A DNA stretch of 64,000 nucleotides from the human T2T-CHM13v2.0 reference genome, Homo sapiens: NCBI RefSeq assembly GCF_009914755.1, contig NC_060936.1. One strand, given 5' to 3'. The notes below the pieces were generated by a model. The model made no database searches. It was given only the letters and a program-made list of their open reading frames with translations, and was not told the DNA's origin. The position numbers and the translations under genes are program-made. Every line of letters starts with the position of its first letter. The first letter of the stretch is position 1. Positions 36,790 through 50,739 of the stretch are shown piece by piece.

Positions 36790-38660
36790 GTATGGGATAT
36801 AATTGTTTAGTAATATAGCTGGAATGGGTATGTTAAAGGATATGTCAGAAAAACGAATATTATAATGGATAGAGAGGAACATTATGTTATGATAACAGGT
36901 CAATTCATCAAGATACATAATGATCTTAAACGTGTATGTCCTTAACAAGCCTTCAAAGTTTATTAGGTGAAAACTGATAGAATGAAAGGAGAAATAGTCA
37001 AATCTACAGTTACAGATGGTGACTTCAACATGCCTTTGAGAAATCACAAATAGAAAATAAAAATATGTATGACTGAAGCATTATCAATTTGACTTTGATA
37101 TTTATAGAATATCCTACCTAAGATAGCAGAATACACATTCAATTCAAGTATACATGGACTATTTACCAGCTAGGTCATACTTTGTGTCATCAAAATAATC
37201 CTGAAAAATTTAAAATAATTTAAGCCATAGAAATCATTTTCTGATGACCACTGAATTAAATTGTAAATCCATAACAGAAAGATACCTAGAAAATGCCCAA
37301 ATATTTGGACTAAACAACATTGTTTAAATAACTGATAAGTCGATAAGGAAGTCTATGTAAATATTTTGAAATATTTTGAATTAAGTAAAAATAAAAAGAG
37401 AACATATAAAAATATCCAGGGCACAGATAAGGCAACACTTAGAAGGAAAAAAAGAAAATCAATGAAACTGAGAATGGAATGGCAATAGTGAGAAAAAAAT
37501 AAACAATGAAATAAGAAGTTTCTTCATTAAAAAAATAAAATCAACTTTAACTGGATTATAAACCCACATGTAAAACCTAAGAGTTCTGGAAGAAACACAG
37601 AACATTTTTGTGACTTTGGATTAGGCAAGTATTTCTTAGGACATGGCCATTAAAATGAAAACCTTCTGTTTTTTGAAAGGCATTACCAGAAAATATATAT
37701 ACAAGCCATAGACAGAAAATTTACAAAATATATCTATGATAACGGTCTTACTTTAAAAAAGTAAGTTATTTATAATATAAAGAACTCTCAAAACTCAATA
37801 AAAAATCATTTTTTAAAAGCAAAAGCTTTGAACAGATGCTTCCCCAGAGAAAATAAAAGGATTGCAAATAAGCACATGGGAGGAAATATGCTCAATATTG
37901 TTAATCAGATAAATGCAAATTAAAACCACAGCATAATACCACTACATGCCTACTAGAATGACTAAAACTAAGACAAACTGAAATAAAACAAAAAGATAAA
38001 ATTGAAAATGCCAAATGCTGACAAATATATGAAGCAAATGAAGTGATTTTCATACACTGCTTTTGTGAATGCACATTTGTACAGTCACTTTGAAAAATGA
38101 TTTGGCAGTTTCTAATAAAGTTTAATATCTACTTACCATATGACCTGCAACTTCACTTTTAGGTATTTACCCCAGAGAAATGAAAACATAAGTTCCCACG
38201 AAGCCTGTGTCAGATTGTTTATTTCAGCTTTGTTTATAATTGCCCCAAACTGGAAACAATAAAAATGCCCATCAACTGGCAAATGAATGAAACATTGCGG
38301 TATATCCATGTAAGGAAATCCTACTCAGCAAAAGTGGGTATCAACTACTGAAAAGTGCAACTAAATTGATGATTTGAAAAGGAATTATTTTAAGTGAAAG
38401 AAGCTGGACTTAAAGGCCATATACTATACTATTCTACTTGTAGAAAGTGTCCAGAATAGGCATATCTATAGAGACAGTAAAAAATTTGTGGTTGCCAGGA
38501 CCTTAAGTGAGAAAAGGCAACTGACTATAAAACACAAGGAAACTTTCAAGAATAATGGAATCATTTTTTAATGTGTTTGTAGTGAGAGTTTCACAGCTTT
38601 ATACATTTGTCAAAAATTCATAGACCTGTGTACTTAAAGAGTGAGTTTTACCCAAGTACA
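36790..38660 (+). mobile_element. L1MC/MD-type ORF2 fragments + 3'UTR
   Basis: aaatgcaaattaaaaccaca...ccaaactggaaacaa...atctatagagacag. Confidence 0.8.
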
Positions 38661-41335
38661 TATCCTTTACTGTATATGGTATATGCTCATTTTCAGTTAT
38701 TAGTGTTTAAATTGTAAAATAACTAATTTCATGCCTATTTAGAAGTCCATAAGTTTATCTACATATTTTCTTTAAAATGATTTTAAAGTCAAGAAATGGG
38801 ATGCTTAACTGATGGCAATGTTCTCTTTGCTTTTTTGAACTTTGTTTTTAATATTGTCCGAAGCAGCCAATCTAATTCATCAATGTCTTGTCAGTTTTTA
38901 AAATGTGATGACAGCCTGTCAGTTGACAAGACTGTAGGAAAGCATTTTTACTACCAAATTGACATTATAACTTGATGAATCCTATGTTTCAATGACAGTT
39001 ATTCCTTGTCTTTCAACCAGCATGCTCTGTTTGGAATTCAGTACAAGACATACTATGAGAAAGATCATTGTTTTTAAAAGTCTCTGCCCTTTTTAAAGCC
39101 TTTCCACTTTGAAACGGAAAATACAAAACAACTTTTCACATTTAGAATCTTGTATTTTTAGAATATTAGTTGCCATACATAGTTATAAATATTTTAAAGC
39201 TGCACAAATCGATAACCTATCACCTAGAACAAATACTTACATAAATATTTACTTTGATAACACAAAGTGATTATCAATTAAAGTGAAAAATAAGTGAAAG
39301 TAATTTTCTGTACTGAGAGATAGCTTAACTTTTTCAAACCTCTAGATCATTTTAACCAATTAAAATTATTGACTCCAAACATATGTAAAATTATAAACAT
39401 ATGTAAAATTAAGTAATTTTACAGAAAAGTATCCAATTATATTACATATATAATTAACATAATTATTATTATTTTTACATATAATGTAATGAACATTATA
39501 TATAAAATTAATGTTATTCAGAATAGGAAATAAAACCTCCATAACTGGTTTTACATTAGGTTATATTTCTTTGAGCTCCCAAATTTCATGGAATTCCATT
39601 TCTATTACCAATATCCATTGCCCCCATATAGAATTTGATTGACTAATTTGTGCCTGAAGTCACCTTGATGGAAGCTCCCAATAATCCCATTTTCATTAAT
39701 GTTAATTAAGGTTGTTCTTGTTTCTTTGTTAGAAAATGGAGGACAAATACAATAAGTCTAAGGAGATAGTCTTTAATGTGAACCCAAAGCTTTGAGATGA
39801 AAATTTTGAGTCTTTAAAAGCTGTGGTGAGGAGAGCAATTATATGCAGAAGAGAATTACATGCTGAAATAATCCCTGAGAACATTTCTTGGGAAGGAGAT
39901 TTATTGTTTTCATATTTTGTTTAAATATCAACTTAAAGCATAATCAGACTGGCCAGTATTCAATTGTAAAATATGTTATAGAACGATGCTCACACGTCTT
40001 TGACATAGGATATATCAGTCATGGTGTTCTGTGACTAACTTCATGTTTAAGAACATAGGCTTTGGACACAAAGACCAGAGATTGAAAGTTTGCCACTTAC
40101 TAGCTGTACAAACTTGAACAAGTCACTTTGCTACTCTGAGCTGCTGCTTCTTAATTTGTATGCTACTGTATGTCCCTAGCAAATATTCTCTAGATAATGG
40201 CCTGTGCCCAGAACTGCAGAATTGTCTACTTCATTTTCAAAATCATCCCCAGTTATTTTCTGGAGCCCATAGAAATATTTTAAATACGCTTATGAATAGA
40301 ATTCTTGTATTCCTTGGTCTTCAGTCTTCTCAATAATTCATATCATTGGAAACAATATGACTTAATTGGGGCTCCTGCTGGTGCCCTCTGTAGGACTATG
40401 TGCTTGTCCCTGTTCTCTCCCATTACTCATTTTAGCCTCCTCCCCATTACAGGCCTCCATCCCTGTGGAAAAAAATCAGATCAAGTGAATTGATATCTGG
40501 AGACTCCACTGCACTAGATCAACAGCAAAATAAGACTGTCTCATTCGAGGCCCAGTCAGGATCCATACTAGGTATAAAACTGGAATAAGAATTCATATTG
40601 TACAGGTATGTGCGAAGATTAATGAGGTAATCTATACCTAGTTATTACCTCTGAGTTTCAGATGTTGTAACAGGTGCTAACTCATTAAAAACCTATGGCA
40701 GTGCAGGCTAGGCGGAATTACTATTTTACCCATTTCATAAATAGGGCAACTAAAATAAAGAAATTTTCCAAATGGAAACAACCACTAAATGAGCAGGATT
40801 TGAAAACTTCTCTGCTGTCGCCTATAGATGAATCAACATAGGACATTTCTTTCTCTTTCTGATTTAATATGGGTATAATGATAGGCAAATGATGGGCAAA
40901 TTTATGATGGTAGTAGTTTTTAATATTATCAAGAAACTAAGAATCTAATTGGGAACCACAGAGTTATATCAATATTATTCAAAAATAAAGATAAGTATAG
41001 CACTGCTCTGGAAGACTATTTGAAATATGTCAAACAATGGGGAAATATTTGAATATGTTGTAGTAGATCCAAATAATAAAAATAATTGTAGTTAATATAC
41101 CAAAAATACATTCTCAATACATGCTTTGTAGATCTTAAGGTCTTTGAGATCATTTCAGGAAGTTTTAGTGTTAAAATTATTTTTATAATAAGATGTTACT
41201 TGTAACTTTCATTGTGTTGACAATTGCACTGATAGGATTAAAGCGCTGGTGAATGTTAGACCATCCCAAAGCTTAGTAGCTTAAGACATTTTTTTTTACT
41301 TAAAATTAGGTGGATCAAGAATTTGGGAGTAGCAT

Positions 41336-41806
41336 TGAGACTGGAGATGGGACTGGACTCCAGAGGCAGGGCTCGGACACCAGATCAGATTGAGGACTAG
41401 TTAAAACAGGGCAGAAGTGAAAGCAGCTTTCAATCAGACATGCCCACCAGTGTACCATGTCCATTTACCATTGCCATGGCAATACCTAGGAGTTACACCT
41501 CTTTCCATGGCAATGACCCAATGACCCAAAAGTTACTACCACTTCCCTAGATATTTCTGCATAAACTGCCCCTTAATCTGCATGCAATTAAAAGTGGGTA
41601 TAAATATGTTTAGAAAACTGCCCTGAGCTACTACTCTCTGCCTACAGAGTAGCCCCACTCTGCAGGAATGGTCACAGAGCTGTAACACTGCCTTTTCAAT
41701 AAAGTTGTTTTCTTCTACCTCTGGCTTGCGCTTGAGTTCTTTCCTGGGCAAAGCCAAGACCTCTTGTGGGCTAAGCTCTACTTTGGGGCTCGCCTGCCCT
41801 GCATTA
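41336..41806 (+). mobile_element. MER41-family solo LTR
   Basis: ttaccattgccatggcaa repeats, gggtataaatatg, caataaa, end ctttggggctcgcctgccctgcatta; exact 4-bp TSD gcat. Confidence 0.85.
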
Positions 41807-41827
41807 GCATGGCTAGGTGGTTCCTCC

Positions 41828-42690
41828 TATTAAGAGAAGTACAAGTCCTCAGTTCTTAGTCCTACTTGTGAGAGAATTCAACCAAGAGACCAACAATTCA
41901 TAATGTAAGCAAACGTGCACTGAAGGAAAGTTAAGAGCAGGGGTTTATTGAAGGAAATAAAAAGCAGGGAGTTTATTAAAGTACATTCCAAGAGAGAAGC
42001 AGACTGGTCCAGTTGGAAAACAGCTCTGGGTTGGTCTGGCTGACAGCGGGGGAAAAGCAGCAGCGGCTGCAGGGATTAAGTAATAGCAGAGACACTACAC
42101 TCTGAAAGAGGAGGCAGAGGTAGAGTGGGCTGTTAAGAGAATGAGCCAGCAGCAGCCTCGAGAATTCTGCCTTGCAGTTATTTTGTTAGATTGTTTCTTT
42201 AAATTCTCACCTCTGCCTGAAGTCTCTGCCTTGTCTAGCTGCTGTTTCTGCCTTAAGTCTGCACATTGTCCCTGCCTAGTTCTGGCCCCAGGTTTGTGGG
42301 ATTCATCCTGTCAGTTGATGGGCATGTGCGGGCTTGGTGTTAGATATAAATTCTACCTCATGGCTGTGTTACTCATTACCACCACCCGAGGAAGGTTGTA
42401 GAGCAGTTAAATCTGTACTTACTGCAACTGCATATCTCTTAGGAATTTCTCCTTTGCCCTTGTTCCTTTCTAATCATCATGTAGCTAACTCCATTCTGAC
42501 AGGCTAACTGCAGAGTGAGTAATTACTGGGCGTCTAAAGGGGGTGTTTCTTTCTACGAAGGTATTTCCTCTCCTCTCTGCTCATATCTAGCACACGTTTT
42601 GAGTGGTCTCTGGGATGTGAGATTTTCCAGACCTCCTTTTTTCAGGGGCTCGCCCTCCTGCTGCTTTCTAGATATCTGCCTACTCTAATA
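41828..42690 (-). mobile_element. MER50-like (ERV1/MER4 group) solo LTR
   Basis: Minus-strand start tattagagtaggcagatatctag; TSD ctcc/cttc. Confidence 0.65.
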
Positions 42691-44907
42691 CTTCTGTGGT
42701 TTCTCATAATACTCAGATGTTGGGCAAGGCAAAGTAGTAGGAAGACTTGACTAAGACTGGAGGATTCTCTTACAAAAATGCCTGTTTACATGACTAGCGA
42801 GATGGTGTTAGGTATTGGTAAGAGATCTTAGTTCCTTTTCAGTTGGGTTCTCCAGTGGGCTATTTGTTCTCACAGCATAGCAGCTAGCTTCCTGCCAAAT
42901 CCTTTTATGACCTAGCCTCTAAACATGCACACCATGACTTTCACACCATTTTATTCATTTTACAGTTCACGCCCATTCAATTTTGAAGGTGAGTATTCAG
43001 GGCGTAGGTAGCAGAAGATGAGAAGCACTGAGTGTAATTTTGGAGGCAGTGAGCTGATCTGCAGGCACCATAGCGTGAATGGGATCAGTCCCATCAGACA
43101 GTACTAATAGTCATTGTATTCTACACTACTCATGTATATATTCTTATATAGTTTAGATTTGGCTGTTTGGAACATTAAGTGGATAAAGCATTATATGTAT
43201 CCTTTTGTATCTTGTTTCTGTCATTTAAAAGGGCATACCTTCTGGCGTGTACTTGCACGTATTTCTCTCAATGACACGTCTAAGATGAAAATAACTGGTC
43301 ATAGGCACGTGAACTTGCAACTTTAATTAAAAAGGTTAAACTGTTTAAGAAAGTGAATGTCTGCATTTATATTCATGAGAAATTATGTTGTTCCGCATCC
43401 TTGTCAATATTTGATATCAAACTCTAGTTTTTCCCCAATCTGTTGTAACTGTTCCATGTCATGTTCATGAAATTTGATGGAACTTATATTTGAGGTTGAA
43501 AACATTCACGTTTGCCTATTCTTTTGTAAAGTGCCTTGGTACATATTATCCCAATTTTTATTTAACTGTTTAAAATTACAAAATAATAGGATTTTTCTAT
43601 TTTGGATACTAATTTTTTGCTCATATTATAAAATACAGTTGTTGCTTGTGATATAGATTTTTACTCTTTAATATGGTATTGTTGAATAAATAATATTAAT
43701 TTCAGTGTTGTCTAGTTTATCAACATTTTCTTTTATGGCCAATATTTTATTTTTATTTAAAAATTTATTCCTAAATTAAGATGATTAAAATGTCCTCCTG
43801 GCATTTTCTAAAGGTTTTATTGCTTTGCCTTTCACAATGAGGCCTCTAATCTTTTTGGAATTGAGTTTGGCCAGTTATTTAAGAATCCAGTTTGATTTTT
43901 TTCCCCCATGTGGATATCCTCTTACACTAGTGCCAATTTTCCAGTTTTTAACGTATTTAGTTTTTGATCTACCCATTTCCTCCTGCCCCTATAAGTAATA
44001 ACAGGTGTTAGTTTCTTGTAGATTATTTTATATAACTTTAAAGCACACAGAAGCAAATAAAGATACATTTTTCTCCAGCTACTTTTACCTAAAATATACC
44101 TTGCTCTACCTAACATTGTTTTGTACCTTCCTTTTCTTACCTAAGATATTGTAGGTCTTCTATAATAGAAAAAACGATTGTTTTCATTATTTTTAATAAC
44201 TACATATAATTCATAATGAACTGTTCTGTGTTTTCTGCACTATTTTGCAGTCTGTCAAATGTCAGACATTGACAGATGTGGACTATTTTTTCTTCTATAT
44301 GTTAGTTTATTTGTAATTCCTGTGCCAATACTACATTCTCTTAATTTTAAAATACATCTTGGTTTATGAAAGAACAAAGACTTTTTAGCTGCTTATTGCT
44401 TGCACCATCTATAATTATGGTGATTTGTTTCTTGTTTTCACTCCTAATATTTGTTAATTTTACTAAGTTTTCCAGAACTATGGAAAATTGTTAGTTTTCA
44501 GAGAATCAACTTTTGCTTTTTATTCACTCCATTTTATTTTCTATTTTATTAATTTCTATAGTTAGGTTTTTACTTCCTATGTGTTTATTTTACTGCCTGC
44601 TTTCTAACATTTTAAGGTAGCTAATTTGTTTAATTTTCAGCTTCATTCTCTTCCAATCTTAATTTTAAAACTATAACTTTCCTTGTGCAACCCAAAAGAT
44701 ATATGTAGCATTTTCATTATAATTTCATTCAAAGTATTTTCTTTTTCTTATTATGCTTATTTGATCTACAAGTTACTTAGATGTGTAAATTTTCAAACAC
44801 ATCATGATTTTCATAGTTACATTTTACTATATATAATTTAATCACATGAGTTTATAAACGTATATTATTTCATAATCCTTTGATATTTGTTGAAACTTAT
44901 TTCATGG

Positions 44908-45625
<718 letters not shown>

Positions 45626-47855
45626 TTTCTTAGTATATTTGGTTTTTGCATGTGTGTTTTGTGTATGCTTGGGGAAAAAAATACTATTCTGCAGTTATTG
45701 AGGGCAGAATTCTATATATGCTCCTTGTGTCCTGTTTTAATCATGTTAATTAAACCTTTTATATTTTTCCTGAAGTTCTCCCCACCTGTCATCTATTGCA
45801 GAATGTGAGATTTCTTCTTGACTGGGTATTTGTCAATATATTTTTATATTCCTCTGAGGTTTTAATTTAAAAAAAATTAAAGAGGCTATGTTGTTCCATG
45901 CATAGAAATTTGAACATAGTATATCTTTCTTGAGAATTGGACATTTTATAATTATAACATCTGCCTTCCATCTCTAGTAATTTCCTTCCTTAAAATTTAA
46001 ATTGTCTTTAAAATATTTACTAAGTGATATGTACTCTATCCATTTCGACTTTATGTATGTTATCCATATTTAGTGCCAAGCTTTCTGTGCCATCTTGTTT
46101 CAGATATGACTCCTTTAAACTGCACATATTTGGGTTTAGTTTTTAACAGAGGTTGACAACCTTTGTCTTTAACAACAAAGTATTTAGACTGTTCACATTT
46201 AATCCAGTTACTGCTATATTTTAATTTAAATCCACCATTTCATTTTGTGTTTCTATTGGTCCCTCTATGACACTTTTTTTGACTTTTTTAAACCTTTAAT
46301 TGAATTTGTGTACCAGTTTTTAATCAATATAATTTTATCTGTTCACCTACATGTATTAAACATTCTGTAAGGATATAAAACTGTAAACAGTAGTTAACTA
46401 GGGGAATGTAATAGAGTTGAAAGGTAATGAGGTATCTCAAAACAGTCTATTTCTGCTTTTATTTTTTTAACTACAATAAGTGCACATTTTTATTTGACCT
46501 TTTGAAACCAGAACTGCAATAATTCTGCTAGAAAAATAATTATAAAATGTATACAAAAACAAATACAAGTTGTGAGGCTTTTTTGCTTTTCTTCATTTTC
46601 CATTTACTCACAGCCTTAATAGCATCAATGTAAATTTCCATAGCAACATAATTCAGAAAAAGTCAATTTTACAATATGCTTCTCAGCATAGTATCAAGTG
46701 TTTTCTATGCAACTTGGTTGGGTGTACAGTCTCCAGAACTGACCTGCCCTTTGGATGACCCCTTGTTTTCATTAGGTAAATGAATAGCTCATAGTAAAGG
46801 TGATATGGGATGAAATGAAGAGATAGGGCAACGAAATGATTCTTTTTGACCTTTGTCAAGCCTTGTTACATCTGTGTGCCTCATTTTCCTCATCTGCAAA
46901 TGAAAGCAGTAGACTAGAGTTAGATTATTTTAGGCCCCCTACCATCCATAAATGCCTCACAGTGGAAATGTTTTGAAAGCAGACAACCCAGTCCTGCTTT
47001 CAGTTTCTGTCCTTTCCTAGCTATGTGATTTTCAAAGTTACCTGATTTTTTCTGGAATATAATTCTCTTTAATAAAACTTTGAGAAGTTAACAGTAAAGC
47101 ACTTGGGAAGGGCTTAGTGTTGTTCATATTTCTAGCAGACAGTATATTACTGGTAATTATTAGTTTTTACTTCTTATTGACATCTTGGAATGGTATTAAG
47201 GGAGTTCCAAATTAGCATTATAGAGCACTGATATTTCATTGTCTAAACAGGAGTTTACAAGTGATCCCCTCACCCTATGTTAGTATCATGTGGGATATTA
47301 ATGTGTCTTAGAATGTTTTTCTACAAAAGTTGAGTCCTTGCACATCCATGAATCTATATTAAGAAATTTTTTAAGTTTACACATTTAAAGGATGGTAGAA
47401 TCCTATAAACAGTATATTAACAATATATTGGAAAATGTAATATAAAGAATCAGGAAAAAGTCAACCAAGCAAAAAATTGAATATAAAATTGAGTCTAAAA
47501 ATGTTATTACTGTATTTTCAGCTATCTTACCCATGTTATTTTTTTAAATTTTATATTGTTGTGTCAGTTGTAATAAATTTTACTATAAAGTGGTCAATTC
47601 AGATTTGAAGGTCACTTTGGTAATTGGAGGTGAGAGTCTCCAATAGTGATGGCAGTTGGAAAGCACAACATTTTACTTTCATGAATGCAATGATTTAGTT
47701 CTTTGACCTCTAGGTGGTTAACATGATGTATAGAACATTTCACTTCTGATATATGCATGTGAAACCCTGATAAGAATTAAAGGCAGAGTGCAGATTTAAA
47801 TTTCTGGCATTCCCCACTCTGCTTGAGTAATTGCTAAAGTTATTTTGAAGTAGTT

Positions 47856-47952
47856 TAGAAAGAACGAAAAGAGAAGAAAGGAAAAGGAAAAGGAAAGAAA
47901 AAAATCAGAAAGAGGAGAATGGGAGGAAAAGGAAGGAAGGAAGGAAAAAAGC
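47856..47952. repeat. Polypurine (GA-rich) low-complexity tract
   Basis: Almost all A/G, with GGAA and GGAAAA units. Confidence 0.85.
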
Positions 47953-50739
47953 AATTGATTTGCTTATTTTCCTTTCTGCACAAATGGCATCCTAAAGAAA
48001 AAAAATGTTTTGAAAGGTCTTTAATGTAAACATGGACAGCTGTTTTAGAAATTGTAGTATGTGCAAGTTTGAAAGATACATCATGAAAAATATCCATGCT
48101 GAAATGTCAATTTTATAGCTCTAAGTGAGAGGTCCTAAGGTTTAGAAGTTAAAAGTAAGTTAACTCCTTGCTTATTTGAACATTAAGCTGTCAGCATGGA
48201 AGTAAGTTTAAAACTTACGATGGTCTGAAAATGTGGTGCTAAATGAAGTCTGAAGACCTATTAACCTGCTTAAGATGTAAACCAGGAACTATTATACTCC
48301 GCTGTTCAGCATGTATCAAAGTACTTTAGAGTAGCGTACAAACTACTAGGAGTTGGACAATGAAGCTGACTAGCATTTTTTTTTTTTCTTAAACACAATG
48401 ATAATGTTAGCTGTTTGCAGTACTCATTTAGTAACCGCATGCATAAAGGAAATTGAATACTTGCTTGAAAATGAGCCAATATCCCTTCAAAACTTTTCAA
48501 AGTAATACAGAACTGAGTTCTTTAACAAATTGACCAATATTCAGTCTTTCCCTTGTTTTAGGGTTTTGAGGACTTAAAGGAGAAACATAACATTTGTAAA
48601 CATAGCTGCCTTTAGGTGCTAAGTATTTTAGAAAATGATTTTTGTTTTTACAATTAATTTTGTTAACAGAATAATTTTAGAATGAATAAAGAAATTTAAA
48701 TTTAATAAATTAAATATAAAATTACATAAGTGTGATCAGATTTTCTTTTGCAGTAAAAATATAAATTTCTACTTATTCAATATTATGTCAAGCAAGTATA
48801 CTTTTTAAAAGCTTCACTAAGACATTTATTATTTGCTAAAAAGCAATGAGATCAATTTTGGTTCACATTTGAAAAGACTGAAATGAACTAAATCCAAATT
48901 ACATAAATCGCAATAAACAATCAAATAAGCCTATCCCATTATCACTGGAAAAAAACAAACTTTGGTATGAAATCATTTTCCCTAGACCCACTGCTTGAGT
49001 TTTAAAATTTAAGTGGGAAAGACAGTCATCAAGTTTGTTCCACAAAACACTCCTAAAAGTGTTTTTGAAGGGTTATTCTAAAACATTCGAGCAAGAAACC
49101 AGAGAATATTGATTCATATTGTAATCTAGATAGAGGTCTTACCAACAGTAATAAGGAGTAAAGCAAGAAGTGGCTATGACACATTTGTTTCTCACTGAGT
49201 TTATAATCATCCTGTGGAGAAGAGATGAGGAAGCCAAGGGAAAAGTGATACAAGCTATTACATTATAGCATTAGGTGCCTACATATGTGATACATTCACT
49301 ACGTTCCAGGAAACATAAAAAGGGGAAAATATCTGATTCAGGCCAGTGATGGTACCTAGATTGGATTTGGAAGAATAAATAAAATTGGATGCTTTGTTTT
49401 CTCCTCTATCACTAACAGGATGGGCAAGAAATAGATGTGTAATTTAATCTGGTTCTACAGGATGAGATATTTCCAACTACTGAAAATGAGAAGAACCTCA
49501 GTGACACTGGAGCTTTCATTTTACATCAGCCCCTTTGTGATATGGTAAATGTCTCGATTCATACCAGCAGGACTAGAATATGGACAAGAGACACTGTCAA
49601 TGTTTTTAATTCAGTGAGTGACTTGGTTGTCATCCTCCACTTTCCAAATAAATTGCTCATTTTGTACAGGAAAAAATGTGCATTTAATTAATCGCTTTTG
49701 TCTTTTTGTACATCTTGTCTTTTGCAAGAGGGATAAAAATATGCATATAATAAAACTAGAGAGAACATATAAACTGGTAAGGAAAGTAAAAGTTAGGAAA
49801 AAAGAAAACAAATTTGTATATTCAAATACACAAAATAACTTCTATAAGCTTCAATACACATTTTTAGCCTCTCTGCCCTGGCTCCTGTTCCTTTAAGGTT
49901 TTCTTCTTTTCTAGGGAATATTATCTTAAGAATTAATTTGACATGGAATTTTGAGAACAGTGCCTTAACTCCCCAAAGTGACATGAATTCACATACAATG
50001 GGCACAAGGGTTTCAGTTTTACTTATTACAAGCACATCATAGAAGGAAATTGTTGTATTTATGTGTTATCAGGCTAGTTTCAGATATCCTACATGCCACT
50101 CCTGGTGGGGCATTAAACAAGTGACCTAACCTCTCTCTCTGCCTCAGTTGAATTTGCATTACAGTGAGGCATAATTGGTTACCCCATGGAGATGTCAGGG
50201 TTAAATGATATAACCCATATGGCACATACTAAACTTAATATCTGGCACGTATTAAGCAATCAATAAATAACTCTAAGTTGTTACACCATAATAAGATGAA
50301 TTCCTAATTTGGTTTCTAGGTTTGACACAAATGTAACTCTAAATGGAGTATAGAAAAAGATCACATCTTGTTGACTTCAAAATGTCTCTACCCACTTTTT
50401 TGCTATGAAGCAAGCAGAATAATTGGCAGCAATACTAGCCTTCTTGTTCCCCTTGTTCCTGAATACTCTTTGCTACACTCTGACCCTAAAGACAGGGTGA
50501 TACTTGTCAAAATTCTATTCATGTCTACCTCATTTCATTCAGAATTTACAATATAACCATGGATGTCACTATGCTATTTTGGGGCCATAATAGAAACTGG
50601 ACTTTGCGTTATTGGTTCTATACTCAAAATGTGGTCCATTGACATGCAGCATTAACATCACTCTGGAGATCAGAGATACATAGCTCTAACACTCACTGAA
50701 TCAGAATAGCAGATCTCACTGAATCAGATGCAGATCCCC

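Larger units (their letters stand above)
41230..43050 (-). mobile_element. Old MLT1 LTR split by two ERV1 LTR insertions
   Basis: Pieces at ~41230-41335, 41807-41827 and 42691-43050 (ccttttatgacctagcctc...accatgactttcacaccatttta). Confidence 0.65.

Noticed and set aside
41520-41570. Interferon-gamma/STAT1 enhancer in the MER41 LTR
   Set aside because: No intact TTCNNNGAA motif at the expected place (reads ttccctagat)
44251-44276. Small palindromes (also 56346-56367)
   Set aside because: Short and embedded in decayed L1/L2 sequence; plausibly chance or micro-inversions
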